From: an uncultured Lachnospiraceae bacterium
Lineage (GTDB): Bacteria > Bacillota > Clostridia > Oscillospirales > CAG-272
Assembly: GCA_964519075.1 (NCBI GenBank)
Contig: CAZFJJ010000001.1
Coordinates: 1 to 41,408, forward strand
Reading direction: 5' to 3'
DNA: 41,408 nucleotides
Shown here piece after piece: positions 1-7,194 of the stretch. The notes under the pieces were generated by a model. That model was not told the DNA's origin. It ran no database searches and saw nothing but the letters and a program-made list of their open reading frames with translations. Made by a program: the position numbers and the translations under genes. Every line of letters starts with the position of its first letter. Positions within the stretch are counted from its first letter, which is position 1.

Positions 1-348
1 GAGCCTTGCAAGCTCACGCTGGGCGTTAGGCGTGTAAACGCAGAGCAGATAAAAGTCCTCGTACTCCAGCGTGATGGCACGCCCCTCGGTGTCGTGCTCG
101 GGAATACCAATGCCGTAGCGAACCGAGATCGGCTCGATTTTCGTAAACACCGCCGTACCCGAATAGCCCTTCTTCTCGGCGCTGTACCAGTACTGATGAT
201 AGCCGGGCGTATCAAACACCGCCTGACCGGGTTGCATTTTGGTCTCCTGCAGGCAGAAGATGTCCGCATCGGAGGCGGCGAAGAAATCGCCAAAGCCCTT
301 TTCCAAAACGGCGCGGAAGCCGTTGACGTTCCATGAGATGAATTTCAT
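1..348 (-). CDS. xth: Exodeoxyribonuclease III / AP endonuclease (EEP fold). N-terminal 116 codons only; the rest lies left of the window.
   Basis: Reverse-strand ATG at 348-346. My own translation reads [41 protein letters not shown]..., the canonical ExoIII N-terminus including the CLQETK motif. It is absent from the ORF track because there is no in-window stop. Confidence 0.85.
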   Translation of the reverse strand, partial: MKFISWNVNGFRAVLEKGFGDFFAASDADIFCLQETKMQPGQAVFDTPGYHQYWYSAEKKGYSGTAVFTKIEPISVRYGIGIPEHDTEGRAITLEYEDFYLLCVYTPNAQRELARL

Positions 349-411
349 TGTGATGTTTCCTTATTTTAATTTTTACACTACTTGAAGGATTGATTCATGT
401 AGCGTGCCCAC

Positions 412-1380
412 TTACGAATACTTTTTGCAAAGCGGAAAAATGTGCTGATGGATCGCAATGTTCAGCAGCGATTCAATGTGTGTATCGGACAACAGTTGCC
501 AGTTGAAGATGCCGTTTTCGTTTACAGAAATTTGACTGTAAGAATCTGTTGGGGAAACCTTGATTCCCGATTCTTCGGGCGGATCAACGTAAAACCGAAA
601 ATAATATTCGTCGGAGTAGGCGGATTTCTGTGCGTGGAAGGTGATTTGATATCTGCTTGGCAAGATTTTTGTCCATTTTGTGCCCTTTTTCTTGAATCCC
701 AGCGGCTTAAGGCGGACGGCAAACCGCTTGAGAAAGGCTTTTTGCTTTTCCTTTGCAACGGCGAGCAGTTCATCTTTCCCCAACGTGCAGTAGGTCTTGT
801 AGAAGGTAGCAATGGTATTCTTAGCTTGTAGATTTTCATCTTCGGGAATCAAGAATACCGATTCACGGAGCTTGCATCGCTCTGAATCTTCTCCGTATTT
901 CAGAAAATACTCTGAATCTCCCATAAAGCTATTGAGTGTAAATCCGTAGACTGCGGTAATTCCGTAGCCTTCGTCGATCAGATTTATGATGAACGCTGTT
1001 TGTTCGGTGTTAGTGCGATAGAATCGTCCGCCGTATGCATAGGGAGCTTCAGAAAAGCCTGCGGAGAGTAGCGAAGCTCTGTAACTCGCATACAACTGAG
1101 TAGAATGATGAAATGCTTGTAGATCGTCAGGATATTTGGCAAAATATTCGTTGATAAATTCAGCATCTTCCTCGGTGGCTGGAATGAATTCCTCGGAAGT
1201 AACGTATTTATATCGAAAATATCTGCCGTCTCTTTTGCTATATAAATGTAAATCACGCATCCTATCAAATGCCTTTTTGAAAACAAGCCCCCTCTCGTTC
1301 TCACCGACGAGGAGCCAGTAACCTCCAAAATCATCCAGAAAAGTTGATTTGCGAATTTGATTGATCGAATATTGTTCCAT
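412..1380 (-). CDS. Hypothetical protein, 322 aa, visibly AT-richer than its neighbours. The C-terminal third (LKPLGFKKKGTKWTKILPSRYQITFHAQKS...) resembles DUF4304-type modules, and the middle may be a second degenerate copy.
   Basis: Long ORF with no competing frame. Compositional contrast with the flanking xth and trxA genes. The domain call is from memory of the DUF4304 pattern only. Confidence 0.6.
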   Translation of the reverse strand: MEQYSINQIRKSTFLDDFGGYWLLVGENERGLVFKKAFDRMRDLHLYSKRDGRYFRYKYVTSEEFIPATEEDAEFINEYFAKYPDDLQAFHHSTQLYASYRASLLSAGFSEAPYAYGGRFYRTNTEQTAFIINLIDEGYGITAVYGFTLNSFMGDSEYFLKYGEDSERCKLRESVFLIPEDENLQAKNTIATFYKTYCTLGKDELLAVAKEKQKAFLKRFAVRLKPLGFKKKGTKWTKILPSRYQITFHAQKSAYSDEYYFRFYVDPPEESGIKVSPTDSYSQISVNENGIFNWQLLSDTHIESLLNIAIHQHIFPLCKKYS

Positions 1381-1467
1381 ACGACATTTCCTTTCAAGAA
1401 TGCTCTATAGACACAGTATAGCAGAAATCGCAGGAAAAATCAATAGCCAAAAAATTTGCGAAAAGGG

Positions 1468-1496
1468 TAGAAATATCGTCCCGAATATGCTATAAT
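1468..1496 (+). promoter_or_regulatory. Candidate promoter of the trxA operon: TAGAAA-17-TATAAT with a TGc extended -10.
   Basis: tgcTATAAT at 1488-1496. A second TATAAT lies at 1540-1545. The -35 match is weak. Confidence 0.35.
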
Positions 1497-1575
1497 GAAA
1501 AAAACGATTCTGCATCTGCAAAAGGGATGACGGATCGGGTATAATACTATCAACCAACAGAAAGGAAGATACAAA

Positions 1576-1884
1576 ATGTCTGCAATCGTAGTCACCAAAG
1601 AAAATTTCGAAGAAATCAAAAATAGCGAAAAAACCGTCCTGCTGGACTTTTACGCCGATTGGTGCGGCCCCTGCCGTATGGTAGCTCCCATCGTCGCGCA
1701 GATCGCCGAGGAGTGCCCCCAGTACACGGTGGGTAAGATCAACGTGGATAACGATCCCGAGCTGGCTCAGCAGTTTGGCGTAGTCAGCATCCCCACGCTG
1801 GTGGTGATGAAGAGTGGCGAGGTAGTCAGCCAGTCCGCAGGCGCCCGTCCCAAGGCTCAGATCCTTGCAATGCTTGAGGGCTAA
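1576..1884 (+). CDS. trxA: Thioredoxin
   Basis: 102 aa with the WCGPC active site (DFYADWCGPCRMVAP). GGAAG RBS upstream. Confidence 0.95.
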   Translation: MSAIVVTKENFEEIKNSEKTVLLDFYADWCGPCRMVAPIVAQIAEECPQYTVGKINVDNDPELAQQFGVVSIPTLVVMKSGEVVSQSAGARPKAQILAMLEG

Positions 1885-1885
1885 G

Positions 1886-2794
1886 ATGAGTCGGATCTAC
1901 GATATGATCGTCCTCGGCGGAGGCCCTGCGGGCTATACTGCAGCCCTCTACGCCGCAAGAGCGGGACTTTCCGTCCTCATTCTCGAGCGGATGGCGGCAG
2001 GGGGACAGATGACCCTCACCGGTGAGATCGAAAACTATCCCGGCATTGCCTCCATTGACGGCTTCACCCTGGGAATGCAGATGCAGGAGAGGGCAGAGCA
2101 CTTCGGAGCTGTGACCGAGTACACCGAGGTCACGGCGGCGGATCTTTCCGCCGATCCCAAGCGGATCGACACCTGGAGCGGCGAGTTCTACGGGAAAACC
2201 GTGGTCATCGCTACCGGTGCCGACCCCAGACGGCTGGGACTTGCCGAGGAAGAAGCCCTGGTCGGTCGCGGCGTACACTATTGTGCTCACTGTGACGGTC
2301 GCTTTTATAAGGACAAGACCGTACTGCTGGTAGGCGGCGGTAACAGCGCGGCGGCAGACGCGCTCTATCTCTCCCGCGTGGCGAAAAAGGTGATCCTCGT
2401 CCACAGACGGGACTCCTTGCGCGCGACTAAGATCTATCACGAGCCGCTCCTGCAGGCGGATAACGTGGAGTTTTGCTGGAACAGCCGTATAGAGAAGATC
2501 CTATCGGACAAGACCGTTACCGGCGCGATCTTAGAAAACGTGCAGACCGGCGAGCAGACCGAGGTGGCCTGCGACGGCATCTTCGTCAGCATTGGCCGTC
2601 AGCCTGCAACTGCCTTCCTGCAGGGGCAGATCCGGCTGGACGCCGGCGGCTATATCGTCGCCGGCGAGACCACCGAAACCGGCATCCCCGGCGTATTTGC
2701 CGCAGGCGACGTACGGACGAAATCTTTGCGTCAGGTAGTGACCGCCGCCGCCGACGGTGCGGTCGCCGCCGATATGGCAGAGAAGTATTTATAA
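1886..2794 (+). CDS. trxB: Thioredoxin-disulfide reductase, NADPH type
   Basis: The internal ATG at 1886 lies 1 nt after the trxA stop. Motifs: GGGPAG FAD motif, CAHC redox dithiol (VHYCAHCDG), GGGNSA plus HRRDSLR NADPH motif, and a C-terminal GD motif (FAAGDV). Confidence 0.92.
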   Translation: MSRIYDMIVLGGGPAGYTAALYAARAGLSVLILERMAAGGQMTLTGEIENYPGIASIDGFTLGMQMQERAEHFGAVTEYTEVTAADLSADPKRIDTWSGEFYGKTVVIATGADPRRLGLAEEEALVGRGVHYCAHCDGRFYKDKTVLLVGGGNSAAADALYLSRVAKKVILVHRRDSLRATKIYHEPLLQADNVEFCWNSRIEKILSDKTVTGAILENVQTGEQTEVACDGIFVSIGRQPATAFLQGQIRLDAGGYIVAGETTETGIPGVFAAGDVRTKSLRQVVTAAADGAVAADMAEKYL

Positions 2795-2818
2795 TTCCAT
2801 TTTACGGAGGAAATGATT

Positions 2819-3448
2819 ATGACCGAACTGAAATTTTTCAAATGCCCCCATTGCGGCAACATCGTTGAAAAGATCCACGACGCAGGCGTGCCCGTGATGT
2901 GCTGCGGACAGAAGATGGAGCGCCTGTACCCCGGTACTACCGAGGCGTCTGCCGAGAAGCATATCCCCACGGTGCGCGTCAACGAAAAGCGCGTGTGGGT
3001 GCAGGTGGGCGAGGTGATCCACCCCATGACCGACGAGCATCACATCCAGTGGGTCTGTCTGCTCACCGACAAGGGCGTGTACCGCAAGAATCTGGCGGTT
3101 GGCAAGATTCCCTCTGCCAGCTTCCTGCTCCTGAACGAGAAGCCCATCGCAGTCTACGCCTACTGTAACCTCCACGGTCTGTGGATGGTAAGCGCAGAGG
3201 TAGCCCCCGAGGTGGAGCATACCGAGGCACCCAAGACGGCAAGTGAGAACTACACCGTCTGCTTCTGCAACCGCGTTACATATTTCGACATTGAGAACGC
3301 GCTCCACGAGAACGAGAATCTGGGCGACGCGCTGGCGATCTTTGAGAAGATCAAGGATACCACCAGCTGCTCCTCCGGCTGCGGCGGCTGCCACGACAAA
3401 GTGATGGAGATCATCTCCGACATCCTGATGGGACATACCGCAGGCTGA
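2819..3448 (+). CDS. dfx: Desulfoferrodoxin (2Fe superoxide reductase) with a C-terminal BFD-like [2Fe-2S] domain.
   Basis: N-terminal desulforedoxin site CPHCGN...CCG. SOR centre II ligands EKHIP, HPMTDEHH and CNLH. The C-terminal ~70 aa carry the C-x-C...C-x2-C pattern (VCFCNRV...GCGGC) typical of BFD/Fer2_BFD. GGAGG lies 8 nt before the ATG at 2819. Confidence 0.85.
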   Translation: MTELKFFKCPHCGNIVEKIHDAGVPVMCCGQKMERLYPGTTEASAEKHIPTVRVNEKRVWVQVGEVIHPMTDEHHIQWVCLLTDKGVYRKNLAVGKIPSASFLLLNEKPIAVYAYCNLHGLWMVSAEVAPEVEHTEAPKTASENYTVCFCNRVTYFDIENALHENENLGDALAIFEKIKDTTSCSSGCGGCHDKVMEIISDILMGHTAG

Positions 3449-3472
3449 GCGATCTGATCCAAGGAGTAACTG

Positions 3473-4789
3473 ATGAAGATCACCAACGACATTCTGTACG
3501 TCGGCGTCAACGATCACGAAGTTGACCTGTTTGAGGGACAGTACCACGTTCCTAACGGCATGGCGTACAATTCCTACGTCATTTGGGACGAAAAGATCGC
3601 CGTGATGGACACGGTGGACGCCCGCTTCTATGACGAGTGGGTGGGGAATATTCGCGCCGCGCTGGACGGACGCACCCCAGATTATCTGGTCGTTCAGCAC
3701 ATGGAGCCCGACCACTCCGCCCATATCGACCGCTTTTTGAAGGCGAATCCCACCGTTACCGTGGTTTCTTCCGCCAAAGCGTTCGCTATGATGAAGAACT
3801 TCTTCGACACCGACTACGCCGACCGCCGTATCGTGGTGGGAGAGGGAGACACCCTCTCGCTGGGCAGACATCAGCTGACCTTCGTTACCGCGCCTATGGT
3901 GCACTGGCCAGAGGTCATCGTGACCTACGACAGCACCGATAAGGTTTTGTTCTCGGCGGACGGATTTGGCAAATTCGGCGCGCTGGACACCGACGAGCCC
4001 TGGGCTTGCGAGGCACGCCGCTACTACTTCGGCATCGTCGGCAAGTACGGCGCACAGGTGCAGAGCCTGCTAAAAAAGGCGTCCGCGCTGGATATTCAGA
4101 AGATCTGCCCCCTCCACGGTCCCGTGCTCACCGAAAACATCGGCTGTTACGTGAAGCTGTACGATATCTGGTCGTCCTACAAGCCCGAGAACGAAGGCGT
4201 GCTGATCGCCTACACCTCGGTCTACGGCAATACCAAGCAGGCGGCAGAGCTGCTGGCTGCAGAGCTGGAAAAGCAGGGCTGTCCCAAGGTGACGGTCTGC
4301 GATCTTGCCCGCTCCGATATTCACGAAGCGGTGGAGGATGCCTTCCGCTACGACAGGATGGTTCTTGCCACCACCACCTACAACGCCGACATCTTCCCCT
4401 TTATGCGGGAGTTTATCAATAAGCTGGTGGAGCGTAATTTCCGGAACCGCACCGTAGGCTTCATCGAAAACGGAAGCTGGGCCCCGATGGCCGCCAAAGT
4501 AATGAAGGGAATGCTGGAAAAGTGCAAGAACCTCACCTTCGTTGAGCCTACCGTGACCGTCCGATCCGCGCTGAGCGACGACAGCCGTCAGCAGGTGGTT
4601 GACCTTGCCGCCGCGCTGTTCAGTGTCAAGGACGAAGCGCCCGAAGCTCCCGCTGAGGAGGCAAAGCCTGCAGGGAAAAAGTACGCCTGCAAGATCTGCG
4701 GCTACGAATACGAGGGCGATTCTCTGCCCGAGGACTTCACCTGTCCCCTTTGCAAGCGCCCCGCGTCCTTCTTTGAAGAAATTCAATAA
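3473..4789 (+). CDS. Flavodiiron protein (FprA-type O2/NO reductase) fused to a C-terminal rubredoxin.
   Basis: Metallo-beta-lactamase-like diiron motif HMEPDHSAH, a flavodoxin-like middle domain (IAYTSVYGNTK), and a C-terminal CKICGYEY...CPLCKRP rubredoxin. AAGGAG RBS. Confidence 0.9.
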   Translation: MKITNDILYVGVNDHEVDLFEGQYHVPNGMAYNSYVIWDEKIAVMDTVDARFYDEWVGNIRAALDGRTPDYLVVQHMEPDHSAHIDRFLKANPTVTVVSSAKAFAMMKNFFDTDYADRRIVVGEGDTLSLGRHQLTFVTAPMVHWPEVIVTYDSTDKVLFSADGFGKFGALDTDEPWACEARRYYFGIVGKYGAQVQSLLKKASALDIQKICPLHGPVLTENIGCYVKLYDIWSSYKPENEGVLIAYTSVYGNTKQAAELLAAELEKQGCPKVTVCDLARSDIHEAVEDAFRYDRMVLATTTYNADIFPFMREFINKLVERNFRNRTVGFIENGSWAPMAAKVMKGMLEKCKNLTFVEPTVTVRSALSDDSRQQVVDLAAALFSVKDEAPEAPAEEAKPAGKKYACKICGYEYEGDSLPEDFTCPLCKRPASFFEEIQ

Positions 4790-4794
4790 AAATG

Positions 4795-4830
4795 AACCTG
4801 CAAGAAGCAAATTCTTGCAGGTTTCGTTTG
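4795..4830. terminator. Bidirectional rho-independent terminator between fprA and the GH16 gene.
   Basis: ACCTGCAAGAA-gcaaa-TTCTTGCAGGT stem, flanked by an A-run and a T-rich run. Confidence 0.8.
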
Positions 4831-5541
4831 TTATTCTACTTCTTTATAAACCCGTACCCAATCCACTTCCACGCAGTCGGGCAGCTCTTCCTTCACAATC
4901 GGTGCTGCCCAAGTGCCGAACTCGGTGGTGAGCTTCAGATAGCCCGGCTTGTCGCAGATGCCACACTCCGCCGTGCGCCAGGTCTCCCTGCCGTCGATAA
5001 AGAAGATATAAGCATCCTTCGTCCATTGGAGGGCATAGGTATGAAACTGTCCGTCGTACTGTCCCTCGTCTGGGATGATGTAAGCAAGCTGCTTGTGTGC
5101 TTCGCCGTAGCCGTCCCAATGGAGCGCGTGATTGACTGCCCCCTTGTTACGGTAGCCCGACTCGATGATGTCGATCTCCACGCCCGACTCCGCCGAGCCG
5201 TCCTCGCGGCAGACGTCGCCGCACATCATCCAGAACGCGCCCCAGAAGCCGGTGGTCTTGTGGAACTTCATGCGGCACTCAAAATAGCCGAACGCCTGCT
5301 CAAAAATCCCCTTGGAGCGGATAGCACCCGAGATGGGCGTGCCGTCCCCGTCGATCATGGCGGTGAGGATCAGCTTGCCGTCCTTCACCTCAGTCATGGA
5401 GTCGCGCCAATAGCCGCCCACGTCCTGTCTCTGCCACTGGGGGGCAAGCGCCCATTTCGTCTCGTCCAGGCGATCGCCCTCGAAATTGTCCTCAAAGGTG
5501 AGGGCGTAGTGGATTCCGTTTACAGTGATGGTGTTGCTCAT
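4831..5541 (-). CDS. Glycoside hydrolase family 16 (beta-glucanase/laminarinase-like) with no signal peptide.
   Basis: Catalytic ExDxxE motif (VEIDIIE) in a ~236 aa jelly-roll-sized protein, with FWMM and WTKD blocks typical of GH16. Confidence 0.8.
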   Translation of the reverse strand: MSNTITVNGIHYALTFEDNFEGDRLDETKWALAPQWQRQDVGGYWRDSMTEVKDGKLILTAMIDGDGTPISGAIRSKGIFEQAFGYFECRMKFHKTTGFWGAFWMMCGDVCREDGSAESGVEIDIIESGYRNKGAVNHALHWDGYGEAHKQLAYIIPDEGQYDGQFHTYALQWTKDAYIFFIDGRETWRTAECGICDKPGYLKLTTEFGTWAAPIVKEELPDCVEVDWVRVYKEVE

Positions 5542-5638
5542 GGTTTCCCTCCAACAATTTTGGTTTCATTGTCCTCATTATATCACATATTTTTTTCGAA
5601 ATCAACAATACCTGTTCGATTTCTCTATCTCATAAGAT

Positions 5639-5667
5639 TTGACAAATCTCAATCAATATGTTATACT
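5639..5667 (+). promoter_or_regulatory. Strong sigma-70-type promoter for the 5700 gene.
   Basis: TTGACA-17 nt-TATACT with a TGt extended -10. Confidence 0.6.
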
Positions 5668-5699
5668 ACATCCAACTTGATCACTATAGGAGGCGTGCC

Positions 5700-6392
5700 A
5701 TGATCGTCGAAGTACAGCAAACCGCATCGAGTATAAAGCAGGAGTACGACGTGTACGTTGACAGAGATTACTATTGCCAAGGAATCAACGGGCGTTTGCA
5801 TAAATATCAGGACATCGACCTCGTTAAAGCCGGAGAATCCATTTTGCACGGCGACCATCAGCGCCTGCATTGGAAGCATTATATTCCTTTCAAATATCTC
5901 TTCGGATCGGTAAATCTGTCACGCGGATTAGAGCTCAAACGAGGAAACGAATGTACAGGCAGCTTTGTTCGTTCCCGTACCGGCTTTGGGGATTATTTCT
6001 ATTTACTGAGCTTTGGAAATGACACAATCTATCGGTGCTATACACGCTCCATCGGCTCCTATAATTATGTGGCGGTCTACGGGTTATCGTCCTCAGGTGC
6101 TGATGAGACCAAGCAGCTCGCGCTTTTGGAGACCTATCTGACCGTGGTGGATAACAAATACAAGTTCAAGCTATATTTGTTGGATGAATACGCCGAGCAT
6201 AAGGATGAACTGATTCTGTTCATTCTTTACTATGCCAACTATCACTTTACCCAGCGATTCCATATGAGCAGGGGCGTTTCGTACACCAAGGCATGGTCGT
6301 TATCCAAATACAAGGAAAAAGTAGATCCGCAGTGGAGAGAACGTAATTTTCCCGATGAGAATTTCTTTGGAAAAGTTGATCTTTTCGGATAA
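5700..6392 (+). CDS. Hypothetical protein, 230 aa, low GC. Beta-rich N-terminal part followed by a hydrophobic helix (ELILFILYYANYHF). No family recognised.
   Basis: ATG preceded by a GGAGG RBS, with its own consensus promoter and a terminator directly downstream. Confidence 0.65.
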   Translation: MIVEVQQTASSIKQEYDVYVDRDYYCQGINGRLHKYQDIDLVKAGESILHGDHQRLHWKHYIPFKYLFGSVNLSRGLELKRGNECTGSFVRSRTGFGDYFYLLSFGNDTIYRCYTRSIGSYNYVAVYGLSSSGADETKQLALLETYLTVVDNKYKFKLYLLDEYAEHKDELILFILYYANYHFTQRFHMSRGVSYTKAWSLSKYKEKVDPQWRERNFPDENFFGKVDLFG

Positions 6393-6404
6393 TCACAGAT
6401 CAAT

Positions 6405-6448
6405 AAAACCGCCGGGCAGATGGATGATTCCATCCTGCGCGGCGGTTT
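6405..6448. terminator. Bidirectional terminator hairpin between the convergent 5700 and 7113 genes.
   Basis: AAACCGCCGgGCAG(atg)GATG-attc-CATCCTGCgCGGCGGTTT. Confidence 0.7.
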
Positions 6449-6453
6449 GCGCG

Positions 6454-6487
6454 TCACTCCTTACCACGTCAATGATCCTGTTACTCC
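6454..6487 (-). repeat. Ghost copy of the 3' end (last ~10 codons plus TGA) of the metallophosphoesterase gene.
   Basis: tcactccttaccacgtcaatgatcctgttactcc aligns by eye with 7161-7194 tcactcccccaccacgtcgatgatgacgtactcc, about 27 of 35 aligned columns. Confidence 0.55.
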
Positions 6488-7113
6488 TTAGCCGTGGCTG
6501 CTTCGCTTTCGCACTGCTTCAAATACTCCCGATAACAATTTCTGTGATATGTGAGTTCATCATATTCATATCCCTGCGCTCTCCATTCCAAGCATTGAGG
6601 GGTAGCATAGACCTTCCGCTGCGATCTTTGGGGATCGGAATACCGTCCGTCTTTTTTGGCAACGTAGTCAAATTCTATCGTAGTGGACGGAGCCAGTTTT
6701 CGAACTGCTCTCGCCAGCTTGTCATATACTTTGGTGAGCCGTTCGGAGCGAGCAATCCAGATACCGTTTTTGTCGTCAAAGCCGGTAGGGATGTAAATTC
6801 TTGATCGATTTACACGCATTAATTGATCATATTTTTGGGAATAACCGATTTCGATCTGCGCAATCCATAGCTCGTTAAAGATGTCGTCTATGTAATAGTT
6901 TCCGTACATATCCTGCGCATACTTAAGCTCAGCAAGCTCGGGAAGATACAATTTGAAACTTGTATGCTCTTTAGTCATCTCGATATCGGTTGTGGGCTTC
7001 TGCGGCTTTGGAGTATGATCCGTATGAAGAAGCATACACCCTTCATCGAGAGCAATTTGAACGACCTTCAAAAAGCTTTCATAATCCATATAATAATTGA
7101 TTTGCTTTCCCAT
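6481..7113 (-). CDS. Hypothetical protein, 210 aa, low GC, no family recognised.
   Basis: ATG at 7113 preceded by AGAAGGAGAA. Uninterrupted ORF with compositional contrast to the adjacent phosphoesterase gene. Confidence 0.6.
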   Translation of the reverse strand: MGKQINYYMDYESFLKVVQIALDEGCMLLHTDHTPKPQKPTTDIEMTKEHTSFKLYLPELAELKYAQDMYGNYYIDDIFNELWIAQIEIGYSQKYDQLMRVNRSRIYIPTGFDDKNGIWIARSERLTKVYDKLARAVRKLAPSTTIEFDYVAKKDGRYSDPQRSQRKVYATPQCLEWRAQGYEYDELTYHRNCYREYLKQCESEAATAKE

Positions 7114-7160
7114 ATCATTTCTCCTTCTAATTATTCTCAATCATATTCCGTACAACGCTT

Positions 7161-7194
7161 TCACTCCCCCACCACGTCGATGATGACGTACTCC
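7161..7194 (-). repeat. Authentic 3' end of the phosphoesterase CDS; partner of the ghost repeat at 6454-6487.
   Basis: See the 6454-6487 entry. Confidence 0.55.

Noticed and set aside
2789-3904. Long antisense ORFs in the track: 2789-3904(-), 11305-12519(-), 17461-18615(+), 20964-22328(-), 22347-23573(-), 25274-26128(+), 27863-29104(+), 30095-31372(-) and 39646-40959(-).
   Set aside because: Each lies opposite a CDS with clear family motifs. Their translations are low-complexity and rich in Arg, Gly, Ala, Val and His, as is typical of shadow frames in GC-rich DNA. None has an RBS.
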